Of a DNA stretch of 64,000 nucleotides, positions 26,773 to 40,091 are shown piece by piece. The notes beneath the pieces were generated by a model. The model was given only the letters and a program-made list of their open reading frames with translations. It had not been told where the DNA came from and ran no database searches. The first letter of the stretch is position 1; each line of letters starts with the position of its first letter. Source of the DNA: Octopus vulgaris. Taxonomy: Eukaryota. Location: contig OX597819.1 of NCBI GenBank assembly GCA_951406725.2, forward strand, positions 7,006,001 to 7,070,000. Direction: 5' to 3'. The position numbers were made by a program, and so were the translations under genes.

Positions 26773-27290
26773 ATTAGCATATCGGTTGCACATATATAGT
26801 GCATGTGCTTCGTTTACATGTCAAAATTACCGCGGGATAGCTCCCTACTGAATGTTAACGAACATATGAATGTCACAGACTAGACAAGATAACTCGCCTC
26901 AGAATCGCCGAGAATGGTAGATACCGATATTTCGCCATTTATGTGGATTATCAATAACATGTACTCGGGTCATCTCGAAACAAAATGAATCGCTGGTCTG
27001 TGACTTATATGCAAATAAAGCGAAGTTTATTTGCTGATGTGCTGCGGCGCAACAAATGAGAAAGAATATTAAATTACGAATTAAAAGCAACTCTAGTAAT
27101 GTAAGCATTATCGATCTTACATGCATAGCGCATCCTTTTTGTTTATACGTCAAACAAAAGCGCCGGGGAAGGCTTCCTGCTGAGTGTTAAACAACACCAA
27201 AATATCACAGATCACGCGGAAAAGCTCGCCTCGGAATTACCGAGAATAGTAGATACCAATATCTTGTCATTATTGAGGATTATCAATACC

Positions 27291-27704
27291 TATTTCTTTA
27301 TTACCCACAAGGGGCTAAACACAGAGGGGACAAACAAGGACAGACATAGGTATTAAGTCGATTACATCGACCCCAGTGCGTAACTGGTACTTAATTTATC
27401 GACCCCGAAAGGATGAAAGGCAAAGTCGACCTCGGCGGAATTTGAACTCACAACGTAACGACAGACGAAATACCTATTTCTTTATTACCCACAAGGGGCT
27501 AAACACAGAGGGGACAAACAAGGACAGAGATGGGTATTAAGTCGATTACATCGACCCCAGTCCGTAACTGGTACTTAATTTATCGACCCCGAAAGGATGA
27601 AAGGCAAAGTCGACCTCGGCGGAATTTGAACTCACAACGTAACGCAGACGAAATACCGCTAAGCATTTCGCCCGGCGTGCTAACGTTTCTGCCAGCTCGC
27701 CGCC
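27291..27704 (-). mobile_element. SINE C with duplicated 3' part
   Basis: 17-bp TSD tgaggattatcaatacc at 27274-27290 and 27705-27721; the 3' ~184 bp occurs twice. Confidence 0.92.
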
Positions 27705-27751
27705 TGAGGATTATCAATACCATTTACTCAGATCTTCTCATAACGCTTATA

Positions 27752-28961
27752 TAGAGTGTCCCAACATTAAGGCAAACAACTTTTTTCAATTTTACGAAAG
27801 CAAAATATTGTTATATTTCTAGTCTAAGCGTTGCAATGCAATGGTAAAGGAAGCACAATTATGACACTATCACATTTATTTATGACCACCTCTGTTTCGA
27901 ATCACAGCCTTAAGTGTGAATGCTTCACATGCGGCATGCAGCTGTTCTTGCAGAATCGAAGCCCATTCGTGGCGCAGTTTTGCCTTCAGAGCGTCGCGCG
28001 AAGCATGAGGAGTGCTCGAGACCAAAATGGACAAAACATAAAAATCCAACAGGGCCATATATCTTTGCCTTTGAACGATGGAATGTTTTTTTGAATCCAG
28101 TGTTGTGTCTGTTTGGAACCGTGAGATGGGGTCAAGTCCTGCTGGAGGCTCTATGGTTCGCCTTGAAAGTGTTCATTCGCCCATGGAAGCAGTTCAGCTT
28201 CCAGAATGTCGCTAATGTAATTTCAACACCCGAGGTCACAAAAACGAAGGGAGACCTTCAAGTGGCTGTCACTGCCGCACAAACAATAACTGACGGTGGA
28301 TTAAGATGCCGATTTACGAGTCTAGCCAGATCCACTCCAAAGTCGGTCATTCTGGTGGTTTTCTACCTGTTCGATGTCAAATTTATTTTCATTAGTGAAC
28401 AACAGGTTGGGCAGCGTACCTGCAGCAATCTGACGTAGGATAAGACGACTTCTATTCTGTCTCATGGCCTTATAAACTTGCCTGAGCTCATGACGGTGGA
28501 GGCGGGACCTAAGATCCTCTTTCGGCATGCGATACATCGATATTCGGTTTATTTTTGCAGTGGCAGTCAGTTTTCAGACGGAATGATGAGGATTTTGCCG
28601 TATCTTTTCTGTGGTAGTTTTGATAAGCTGAGGAGTCCGCACACTTCTTTTTAGGTCACGTCCAGGTCGATCAGCGATAGAACCAGTCTCTTGAAATTTC
28701 TTGACAATTTTCCAGACTGTCGTTTGGTTAATTTTAAGCTTTTTTGCTATAGCTGTCTTACTTTTGCCTCCTTTGTCGAGGGTTATGATTGTATTTCAGT
28801 CTATAGCCATTATATAATTTATAAATCTAAATTTACTTAGTCTGAAACAAATAGAAGACACACTAAGCTTTTATAAGGATGTATATTTTTCATATCTTAT
28901 CACATTTATCGATAGTTATTAAAACCCGAAACTTCAGTTGCCTTAATTTCGGGACACCCTG
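27752..28961 (-). mobile_element. Tc1/mariner-superfamily transposon, maT(DD37D)-like, degenerate
   Basis: Imperfect TIRs tagagtgtcccaacattaaggcaa / ttgccttaatttcgggacaccctg with TA on both sides; LLFTNENKFDIEQVENHQNDRLW, QQD..PSH, LDFYV.SIL, LKAVIRNRGGH. Confidence 0.85.
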
Positions 28962-29694
28962 TATATGCGTTTGGGAATGTGCGCAATAAGCTATAATTCT
29001 TTATACCTAGCTCCAAGTTAACCCTCATCGGGCAGGCTATGCTGATAGCGTTCCACGGTAAGTTATCCAGCTTTCCTATTTCAAAAGGAAGGTTGGAGGT
29101 GTGATTTGAGGAACATTTGATTATTCTAGGTTAAGCAGGCCTCTGATGAAAGCCAGCCAGACTTGGCCATCCGTCGTTTTATACATCACATACTACATTC
29201 TGTAACGTACCTTTCCGATTTTGAGATGTAGGATATTTTAAATAAGATATGACTGCTGTTTCTGGCACGTCGATCTACTATTTAGAGACGTCTTTAGTTA
29301 TTATTGCTAAGCCCCAGTTTTTAATTATTGTTAAGCCTCATTATTGTTAAGCTCTTATTATTGTTAAGCCCTTATTATTGTTTAGCCTCATCAAGCAAGT
29401 CTATGGAAAATGACGTACTAGACGTGACCATTCTGTTTTCCTGTATAGTGGTAACTAGATTTTTCAGTGAGTCATTCCTTTTGTATGAATGTAAGGTGTA
29501 TGAGTTTAGGAAGATTTGTTTGATATTTCTAGCAATTCAGCTGACCATTCCTAGGCTTATGGCTTTTGCAGTCCCTGGAATCAAAGTTATTCAAACCATG
29601 GCCATCCTACCATGCACAATAAACTGTGCGATGTATTGCGTGTACATTTGTGCGCACACGTATCTAAGTAAATAGAATAGATAAATAAGTGAAC

Positions 29695-29820
<126 letters not shown>

Positions 29821-30660
29821 GGAGCAGTATTTCATTAATACCTTGCAGCAGAAATCCTCATCTTAACACGACCAACAAGAAACGATTTATATAATCGACT
29901 TTACTGCTCTTCTTAAATATTAGTGTAAATCCTCTTAGGCGCCTTGCGTGAAATGCTCAACTTGCATATATTTTAGCCTGATATTCGGGTCAGAAATAGA
30001 ACAAATATTGGGTTCACTCTGTACTCGAAGATTTCGTCAATACTTTCACAACAGTAACAATATATCAGTTTGATACTTCAATTACATTCTCATATATTGA
30101 TTTCTTACGTTGCGGGAAAGCAACAAACGTTTAAGGAATGAGTAGATTAGATGGGTTGATTCAGTATGCTACTGGCTATTTTATTGTCCATGGAGTAATG
30201 AGAAGAACGAGAGGGAGTAATCGAATATCGCAAGGCATGTTGTCCGGTGTGATCCAGAGTCGGCCATTCACTGCTTTAAAATTCTCCTATAACATATTTT
30301 AAGTGTTTTGATGTTATGATCCCATATTACTCTTCTTCTTATTCTCGTTAGTTTTGTCACGCATCTTCATCATAATCATCTTCTTATATTGACCCAGTAT
30401 TAGAAATTAGAATGAACGGTCGTTAGAGAGTCTGACCGCTCATACTATCCAGTAACAACTTCTGAATCTGCCCCTCCGTCGTGCGCTTCCCGCATTGCCC
30501 CCCCAAACTGTGTTTTTCATCGCAACACCGGACACCACTCAGCCAGCACTGCTTGAAAGATGTGGATTGCCGATGATTATCTTATTACAAACGGCCTGCC
30601 CTACGCCGGTTCAGGGCCTGGACAAGTTTTCAACACTTCCCAACGGACGTTGAGCCGGTT

Positions 30661-30712
<52 letters not shown>

Positions 30713-30732
30713 TATATATATATATATATATA

Positions 30733-31440
30733 GCAATAATAAATCTCTGGACGAGATGTAAACAGTAACCGCTCGACAACGTAAAGTATACTAGCCATCT
30801 CAATACGGCTAACCACTAAGGGTGGGTGTTACTGTAGCTTTTAGCCCCAGGAGATCATCGTCTCCAGCTGGTTTTAGGCAAACTTTCTGTGCCTTTATGG
30901 TATTTGCAAAGGGAGGTTATCCCTCTCTCGTAAACCTAAGTGATATGCACGGACTGCAGTTTCGAGGTATTTGCCTCTTGTCAACGTACGGCAATCACCG
31001 GTTTTCGATGAAGAGACACCTGTTTGCAAATATCTATTTACTGTTTTTCCCAGTAACTACTGTCACTGATTTCGAAAAACTGTCTGCAAGCAATAATAAA
31101 TCTCTGAACGAGATGTAAACAGTAACCGCTCGACAACGTAGAGTATACTACGTGATACCGTACGTTGACAAGAGACAAATACCTCGAAACTGCAGTCCGT
31201 GCGTATCACTTAGGTTTACGAGAGAGTGATAACCTCCCTTTGCAAATACCATAAGGGCACAGAAAGTGTGCCTAAAGCCAGCTGGAGACGATGATCTCCT
31301 GGGGCTACAAGCTACAGTAACACCCACCCTTAGTGGTTAGCCATATTGAGATGGCTAATATACTTCACGTTGTCGAGCGCTTACTGTTTACATCTCGTTC
31401 AGAGATTTATTATCGCTTGCAGACAGTTTTTCGAAATCAG
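30733..31440. mobile_element. ~357-bp hammerhead-bearing unit, partly tandem then inverted (non-LTR retrozyme/pLTR-like)
   Basis: 30733-30792 recurs at 31090-31150; 31152-31440 is the reverse complement of the unit; HHR motif at 30947-30989 (-) and 31160-31202 (+). Confidence 0.8.
31160..31202 (+). ncRNA. Minimal type I hammerhead, U3-A8 variant
   Basis: gtacg-TTGACAA-gag(a/g)-caaata-cctc-GAAA-ctgcag-TC^cgtgc; palindromic stem III, GUC triplet. Confidence 0.72.
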
Positions 31441-31448
31441 AGACGGAA

Positions 31449-31600
31449 GTGTACACCCTATATGCTAAATTGGACACCCTATATGCTAAAGTGGACACCC
31501 TATATGCTAAACATAGATGTCAAATCGCCTTTACAACGAAGAATATTCTTCGTGGTAATGGCGATTTGACGTTTATGTTTAGCATATAGGCTGTCCACTT
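31449..31600. mobile_element. Palindromic MITE-like element with triplicated left end
   Basis: ~55-bp arms agtggacaccctatatgctaaaca...gaagaat / attcttc...tgtttagcatataggctgtccact; the left ~21-mer occurs three times. Confidence 0.7.
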
Positions 31601-31672
31601 AAGTGGTCATTCCTCTAAATTTTGTGTGTTGTGAGTGTGTGTGTAGATAGATAGATAGATAGATAAGTAGAC

Positions 31673-31739
<67 letters not shown>

Positions 31740-31743
31740 CTCC

Positions 31744-31957
31744 AGGCAACGAGCTGGCAGAAACTTTAGCATGCCGGACAAAATACTAAGCAGCATTTCG
31801 TCCGTCTATATGTTCAGAGTTCAAATTCCACCAAGATTGACTTTGCCTTGCGTCTTTTCGGAGTCTATAAAATAAGTACCAGTTGAACACTGGGGTCGAT
31901 CTAATTGGCTTACACCTTCTCTGAAATTGATGGCCTTGTACCAAAATTTGAAACCAA
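31744..31957 (+). mobile_element. Diverged SINE C
   Basis: gagctggcagaa head and Meta-like core. Confidence 0.75.
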
Positions 31958-32267
31958 TTTATATCTGTATTATCTTCGTGTATATCTCTATGTATGATTC
32001 ACGATTCGGGTCTCAAAAACCGAGGAATTTCTCAGAGAAAATATTCAATAAAATGTTCGAAATTAATCGACTTATGCTTATTACCATATCCCTGTTAAAA
32101 AAAAAAAGATATATTAAAAAAACTTGAACAGTCGCATATATGTCGCACTGCACAGATATGTATAAGTGACTTTGAATCAGAGACAATATAATATTGTTTG
32201 GAACTGTGTAAGGAACATACATAATATACATATATATATATATACATGCACGCATATTTATTTATTT

Positions 32268-32337
<70 letters not shown>

Positions 32338-32342
<5 letters not shown>

Positions 32343-32546
32343 ATCCAAACAAGAAAACACAAAAAAAAAACAACAACGTGAGGACGTGGAACAAATAAAG
32401 TATTATTGGACGCTCAGGAAAGAAGGGAAGAAGGAGGGCTTAACGTTACGAGCGGAGCTCTTCGTCGGAAACATAGGAGAAGGAAAGATTCCGAGAAGGG
32501 AAGACAGAGGAAAAAAATCGGTAGCGGTACTCACGAGGTCACATAT
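32338..32546 (-). mobile_element. pLTR-like repeat, copy of 3314-3525 (HHR GAAA mutated to GTAA)
   Basis: Reverse-complement match over ~205 bp; adjacent to (TA)n. Confidence 0.8.
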
Positions 32547-33074
32547 ATAATTTAGCGCGCCAAAACGAGGACATTTGAAATAGTAGCCACGAGTGTAATG
32601 GGTAGGACTGTTTTACAAGTCTGACTTTGTGCGGACGTCCTAGTATGCAGTCCTGCAAATTATATTCATCTGGACGGTCGCACCGATGATCTACGGACAT
32701 CTATGTAAGTAAACTTACGTAATATGTTAATAGTGAAACATGTATGTGAATAATCCATATTTTTATTGCATTTTCTTTTGTCTTGCTCGATTACGTTTTG
32801 GTTGTTTTGCTAAATTTTTCTTGAGAACATTTCTTACTGGTAAGACCATAGCGGATCTATTTCTAGCATAAGGGTGTCCACATAGTGGTCTCCCTCTAAT
32901 ATGCATATATATATATGCATACATACATACACAGAAGATGATGAGAAAAATCTCTATTCTCTCAATTCACATACATACACACACAATATATATATGCATA
33001 TATATATAGAGAGAGAGGGAGAGATACAAATGTATTTGTATATATATATATACATTTATATATATACATGTACT

Positions 33075-33152
<78 letters not shown>

Positions 33153-34976
33153 TATATACATGTGTATGTATGTATGTATGTATGTATGCATGTATGCATG
33201 TTTGTATACATGTATGTATGCATGTATGTATGATAAATAGTTAATACCAGTGTGGTATTGTGGAAGTGCCTATATGTGTACTTACTTTTCTCAAATTCAT
33301 TCAAGCTTCAGTGAATCATTAATTTCATATTTATTTCTGTCGATCATTATAAGAAAATATCTTAATCAATAAATCTATTTCATAATGACATTATTCATCT
33401 AGATATCTCCCTCCATATTTGCGTCTGTAGGTACATGTATGTATGAGTGTGTATGTATGTATGTGCGTATTTGTAGTGCATATATGTATGTAGATATGTG
33501 TATGTACGTAAATGCATGAATGTATGTGTGTACGTATGCATGTATGCACATATATGTGTGTGTAGTGTATACAGGTATGTGTATGTATGTGTATGTATGT
33601 GTATGAACGTATGTATGAATGTATATATGTATATATGAATGTATGTATGTGTATGTGCGTATTTGTAGTGCATGTATGTATGTAGATATGTGTATGTACG
33701 TACATAAGTATAAATGTATGCATATAAGTGCGTGTGAATGCATATATTATGCATGTATGTATAGATGGATGTATATACATAAGTACGTATGTATGTATGT
33801 ATGTGTGTACGTATGCATGTATGTGTGTAGTGTATGTGTATGCGTGTGTCCGTATGTTTGTGCGTTATCCATTTTCTTTGTTACTGCTTTCCTATGTTTC
33901 TTTCCTTTTTACCAGTTTATTGCAACTACTGCGGTTATTGTTGTTGTTGTTATTGTTGTTGTTTTAACTCTGTTATAAGTTTCCATAGTTTCGTAATCAT
34001 TCAGCCTCGCTCTGAATCCCAAAAACCACCAACAACGAGCAAACTGTTAATCAAATACATTCCGACCTATGCCCCATAGTAGTAACAGTCATATCATTTG
34101 TGGCTTCAGTAGTGTTTTTGGTAATAAACAAACTTTTAGATCAGTTCAAATAAGTCTGGTGCATATTTGGTCAGCAAAAAGGCCATTTTCTCTGTAGTCA
34201 ATGTATTCGACTTCTTCCCCACTCTCAAAAACTGCTGGCCATGTTCCAAAAATGGAAACCATTATTACTTATTACGGTAACAATTTGCAAACAGCTTCCT
34301 AAATTTCTCCAGTTATTCGTAGTAAGGTATCTAATGAAGATCATTAACACATGTCAAATTAATTTTTTAGCATATGTTCACTTATTGGTAGTAATTAGGC
34401 ATTATATGTTTCGTTGCAAAGCTTTTTTTTTTCATTTCTATATATTAATATTCATCAAAACCTTTAGGAGTTGTGCTTATTATTTGTTTTGCTTGCCTTA
34501 TTTCACAACCATCGGAGTGCGGAGCACTTCTCTTGACCACAGGTTCGTGAGATGGTTGTCAGCTGTAAACAGTTTTGTGTAGGAACCGGAAAGAGAACTA
34601 TGAACCCGCAATGTGCGTGTGCACACTGAATTCGTAAAACGGAAGAGAATAAAATCGCGATGTCATGGCACGTTTAACATCCTTATCACGTAGCTTTGCT
34701 GCAATTTTCTTGGTTTTTCCTGCAGCAGGAATGGTATTATCTACCTAGTTATTAAAATCATTTAAAACAACTTTAAATTTTAAGATCTTATTTCATTCTT
34801 CTCCAAGTTTCCAAGAAAGTTTCGTACTTTCAATGTTCCGAGAAATTAGACCGAAGTCAGTAATACTCTATTTTATTCTTCTATGTCCATACTAGAAAAC
34901 TTATGGTTGACGAAGGAAAATGTTTAAAGAGTTACTTCAGTTGATTTAAGATTTATTTTGAATACTTCAATCATAG

Positions 34977-35350
34977 GCGTAGACATGACTGTGTGGCCAA
35001 GATGCACGCTTTGCAACCATGAGGTTTCAGGTGCAGTGACACTGCATGGCATTATGGTCAAGCGTCTTCTACTACAGCCGCAATCTAGCCAATGCCTTGT
35101 GAATGAATTTGGTTGGCGGAAACTGTGTATGTATATATGTGTGTATGTGTGTATACGTGTGTGTGTGTGTGTGTGTGTGTGTGTACCTTTGGGTTGTTGC
35201 GTTTGTTCCCACCAAGGCCGATGTCAGTTTTTTACGTCCCTGATATTATTAACCACAGTTAATAATAGATACTGAGATCGATTTGTTCAAGTAAACCTTT
35301 GAAGGCGGCAGTTCAAGATGGCTACAGTCCAATGACTAAGACAAATAAAT
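34977..35350 (+). mobile_element. Old diverged SINE B
   Basis: ggcgtagacatgactgtgtgg head, aatgccttgtgaatgaatttgg, tail atgactaagacaaataaa. Confidence 0.7.
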
Positions 35351-35931
35351 TGAAGCAAACTTTTATTAGACTACTGGAAGACTGCATTAAGTTTAGTAAA
35401 ATAAATCTTGAAAATACTTATTTCATTTCTAGCATCATCTTTAACGAGTTGTAATCAGTGACTCAGTCAACGCTAAATTACAACAAATAGAAATTGATAA
35501 ATTCCAGATTTTCGCCTAAGCATGTCACTTGATCCTTCACAACAAAATGCAATCAAATTCATCTTAAAATATTCTGCGTCAAACCTGCATTATTTAACGT
35601 TCCTCGCAACGCGTTAAAAATACTTTCTGCTTCTGTTCTTTCCAATTCTACAAATCAAGAAACATTGTCTGTGAATAATCATCTCATTCGCAATTGCAAG
35701 CACATATTTGCATAAAATTATTGACGCTTCATATTGTTTGCTTCTTGCTTTAGATAATTTTACTGAAAATTTCATTTTTTTTTGTCGATATTCATTGCAA
35801 CGAGATTTGCAGGAAATCACAATTGCAAGCAATTTGCTGAATTTATTCCATTTTTAATTTGTAGTGTTATAACTTCGTCCTCCATATCTTAAAATGAACA
35901 GTAAATTTATGCGAAACTATAAACTCCGTTT

Positions 35932-36320
35932 GGATGGAAGCACTCCGTCGGTTACGACGACGAGGGTTCCGGTTGATCCGAATCAACGGAACAGCCTGCT
36001 CGTGAAATTAACGTGTAAGTGGCTGAGCACTCCACAGACACGTGTACCCTTAACGTAGTTCTCGGGGATATTCAGCGTGACACAGAGAGTGACAAGGCCG
36101 GCCCTTTGAAATACAGGTACAACAGAAACAGGAAGTAAGAGTGAGAGAAAGTTGTGGTGAAAGAGTACAGCAGGGATCACCACCATCCCCTGCCGGAGCC
36201 TCGTGGAGCTTTTAGGTGTTTTCGCTCAATAAACACTCACAACGCCCGGTCTGGGAATCGAAACCGCGATCCTTTGACCGCGAGTCCACTGCCCTAACCA
36301 CTGGGCCATTGCGCACCCAC
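35932..36320 (-). mobile_element. SINE A copy
   Basis: 11-bp TSD aaactccgttt at 35921-35931 and 36321-36331. Confidence 0.92.
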
Positions 36321-36384
36321 AAACTCCGTTTACTGGTTAGTACACTGTCTTGTTTCATTAATTTTTTTTTATGACTCATTTACA

Positions 36385-36798
36385 TCTTTTATCTTTTACT
36401 TATTTCAGTCACTGGACTGCGGCCATGCTGGATCACCGCTTTAGTCGAAATCGAATCCCGTACTTATTCCATCGGGGTCTTTCGTCGAACCATTAAGTTA
36501 TGGGAGCATAAAGAAACCAACACCGGCTGTCACGCGGTGATGGGGTACACGCACAAAGATGCACCCCTATAGATATATAGACAAAGGTCAGTCAGGATGT
36601 AATGCAAATAAAAATTGTATTACTTTCTGACTCAACCTCGTACGATGGGCTTTCTCGGTTTTCGTCTACCAAATAGACTTACAAAGCCTTGGACTGCCCG
36701 GGGCTATAGTAGAAGACATTTGCTCTTGGTGTGGTGAAATGAGACCCAAACCCATGTTTGGGAAGCAAACTTCTTTGCCCACAACTACATCTGCGCCT
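36385..36798 (-). mobile_element. Diverged SINE B
   Basis: Reverse-complement similarity to the family B head, middle and tail. Confidence 0.7.
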
Positions 36799-37018
36799 AT
36801 ATATGAGAATTTCATTCAAAATATCCAATCGCTTTTTGTTGCTATTTTTATATCGTGAAACATACTCGGCATTTTCCTTGAGTCCACATGCGGTAACGTT
36901 ATAATTTTGCCATTGAGAAATAGGAAGACGAATGAAAATATTTTATTCTAAAGATTCCCGATTATGGTAAGCACATTTCATGTAATAATCTTGTGACTGG
37001 AAAATCATCAAGTTGTGA

Positions 37019-37210
37019 TTAGGCATAAGCGAACTTTAGGTTAGCTAGAATATATTTGTGATATATTTCAACTTCTAAAGGCGAGTTCAATACACACTAT
37101 AACATAAGAGAAAAATTTTTTTCTCCGCGGTAACTGCAGTGAACTTGGCTTTAGAAGGTGAAATATGTCACAAATATATTTTGACTAACCTAAAATTCGT
37201 TTATGCTTAA
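37019..37210. mobile_element. MITE-like element with ~70-bp imperfect TIRs
   Basis: ttaggcataagcgaactttaggttag...gagttca pairs with tgaactt...ctaacctaaaattcgtttatgcttaa. Confidence 0.7.
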
Positions 37211-37380
37211 TGACTGCTTGGCGTTGATATTGCTGAACCTATACCAACCGGGCGGTCCAATAGCATAATTCAATCAATGTTGTTAGCTGTGTTTTAGTTA
37301 AAACTGCGGTTTTAAATCTGTTCCGCGTCACCTCGCTTCGATATTTCTCATTGAGTAAGACTGATGCTGCTGACTATATA

Positions 37381-37445
<65 letters not shown>

Positions 37446-37450
<5 letters not shown>

Positions 37451-38118
37451 TCGTTGTCTACTCCTTATGCAGAGTTTGACCACCTCCTGTACCTGCACCT
37501 TAGCACCATCATGGCGTCTGATGTGGCTTTTTAAACCAGACAATGTTCTGAAAAGACACCCACATAGATTGCACCTCTGATTTGGACCACCAATACCTGC
37601 AGATAAGTTCTGCTCTTTGTGGATCTTAAAATGTCTTTAGAGTCCTCCGTTGGATTTGCAAATCTTCTGGTATACACTGCATTCAAAGGTGTGCACAGAC
37701 ATATAGGCAGAATAGTTGGTGGAGGTACGTTTTCCATGCGTTCGCAGATAAGATTTGAAGCTAGCAAAAGACAGGCATGGTCTGTCACAGACTGTGCACA
37801 CAAAAAGGTCATTGTCATTCACCTTGTCGATCGTTACATTCTTCATTAGATCTCTTTTGAGTCTTACTTGCGTTATCCTGGCGTCTTCAAATGCTTTTAC
37901 TCCACTCCACACACTTGTTCGCCATCCAACTCGACCCGAAGCAAGTGTTTCTATATCTTCTGGAACCATTCCAAGTGACTGCATAGTAGTCCTTATGCCG
38001 TGCTTAAATATTTTTTTAGGTATACGCCGATAGCGTTTCCCTTCTGCAAGATCACTATAAAACAGTTGTTTCGGCATGCGTTCATCTGCCATTCGAAGAA
38101 TATGGCCACACCGTTTGA
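37446..38118 (-). mobile_element. 5'-truncated RTE-type LINE with three C-terminal C2H2 fingers
   Basis: GHILRMADERMPKQLFYSDL..GKR..LASGRVGWR (RTE ORF2 C-terminus), then CTVC..H, CSV(Y)..HFKIH and CNLC..KSHIRRH across frameshifts; ends in (TA)n. Confidence 0.85.
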
Positions 38119-39422
38119 AACATAAGGTAGGTTGCACTACACTATCTAGCAAAATTTGGGAACTTAAAACTAATAATATAGAATACAACATAAAATGGGA
38201 TATAGTTAGGAGGGCAAAACCTTGTAGAAATAATAGAGTAGGCTGCCAAGTCTGTTCTATAGAAACCTATGAAATTTTAAAGTATTGAAGTAATAAAAAT
38301 CTACTAAATAATCGTCTAGAGTTAGGTGTCTTGCATTCATTCAACAATTAGAGCTTTCAAATATTTTAAATAGAAATGTTAAGGTTTTCCTACTTTTTCT
38401 AACTGTATCTTTTTAATATAATAATAATATGAGATATACTATACCAACCTCTAATTTACTTTTATAGTCAACTAAATTAACCTTACTTTAATCAGGAAAT
38501 TGCATATTTTCCCAATTCTATTCTAAATTTAACATTTAATACTATTCCCTAAGTTATAAAATTCGATATCTACTATAAATTAGATGAGGTTTTGTTCCCC
38601 TACCCTTTGTAAAAGAATTTAATTGACCTCTGGACATTGACCTAGATTTTTTTCTCATCACATAAAAATAAATAGCTTTCTGTTCTAGTGATAACCTTGA
38701 TTTCCCTTAATGTATTTTCTCTGCAACTAACTTAAACCCCTTTTACAGCTTTCTTTTTTATCCCCTTACCTAAATTCCTACTAAAAATTCTGATGGCTTT
38801 CAGTTGAAAGTAAGGTCTGGTCAGCTTAGTAGCTGACCTCCTACTTCACAGTCTCCCAAGAATTTAGTGTTCCTTCCACACTGACCTAAATCTTCTGTCA
38901 CCACATAAATAGATTGACCCTTTGTTCTAGTAACAATCTGTTTGCCTTTTATATCTCCTGAATTTTTCCCCTTCTTTTCTTCAACTAACTTGATTTCTTA
39001 ACCTGCCCTTACCCCCATTCTTATAACTAAGGAAATTTTCTTGCAACAGTTAGTTGTGAACTTAGTTTTGGTCTGGTTGGCATCCTAACTACACTACCTC
39101 ATGTTCCTGAGATTCATATCTACATCTTTATCTGTATATTTACCTTCCCTAAGATGTTACTAATTGATTTGAGAACTTTATATTATTGGAAAACCTATAT
39201 AAAATTAGCTGAAGATTACTCGGCTTATTAAATCTGCTGTAATATTTACAGCTTTTAATAAAATGTTGTAGTATGAAACAATTGTACTAAATTACCGGAT
39301 TCATTCTTGTTGCTTATTATTGATTATAATCACCCCGCATATTTTTATGGGTAACACCATAAAAAATTCTGGTGCATCTAAATTAAGTGCCATATTCATT
39401 TGAATCTTAATTGTTTACTGAA

Positions 39423-39430
<8 letters not shown>
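38119..39430 (+). mobile_element. Penelope-like element 3' remnant: GIY-YIG C-terminus, 3' UTR and pLTR with hammerhead
   Basis: TTLSSKIWELKTNNIEYNIKWDIVRRAKPC..CQVCSIETYEIL..LLNNRLEL; HHR at 39205-39290. Confidence 0.8.
39205..39290 (+). ncRNA. Type I hammerhead ribozyme, homologue of 17246-17327
   Basis: ttag-CTGAAGA-ttact...agtat-GAAA-caattg-TA^ctaa; compensatory changes in stems I and II relative to the other copy. Confidence 0.85.
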
Positions 39431-39479
<49 letters not shown>

Positions 39480-40053
39480 CACCAATGATGTTTTTAACCG
39501 AGACGTGATTGTTAAAGTGCTTCAGTTCTGTGTGTTTACATATATTTACTCAATTGCTGGCATTTATCAATGGCTTTTCCCATTGTTTTGATGTGCATTT
39601 TCTATCACTAACTTTTGGCAGTTTTCACGACATGGGTATACTAGTATAAAATACAAAGTATTTCTACTTTAGTAGTGCATGGTTCCAGCTTTCGTTGCTC
39701 AGAATATCCTAGAAATGTAATTAAGTTCCTGATCTTCGAGGGTGAAGCTTGGGCCTCAATCGGCTAGGAAAGAGATTTCTTAAGCTAATCACTCATTGGA
39801 TATATCAGGTCACGTAATGGAAATGAAGGTATGAGGTACTCTTGTATTTGTACTCTTTCTATCTTTATATTTCGATTGCCAGACTCGTTAAGGCCTCGGA
39901 TAAAATGCATTGTGGTATTTCTTCGGCCTACTTTCGTTCTGAATTCAAATTGCACAGAGGACAACTTTGCCTATCATACTTTCACAGTCAATTAAATAAA
40001 TTACCAGTGAAGTAATGGGTGATATCAACTATCTCCATCTTTCTCTCTCTCCC

Positions 40054-40091
<38 letters not shown>

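Noticed and set aside
37637-38191. Single 184-aa host zinc-finger gene
   Set aside because: Chimeric frame: antisense PLE remnant joined at ~38118 to a truncated RTE LINE.
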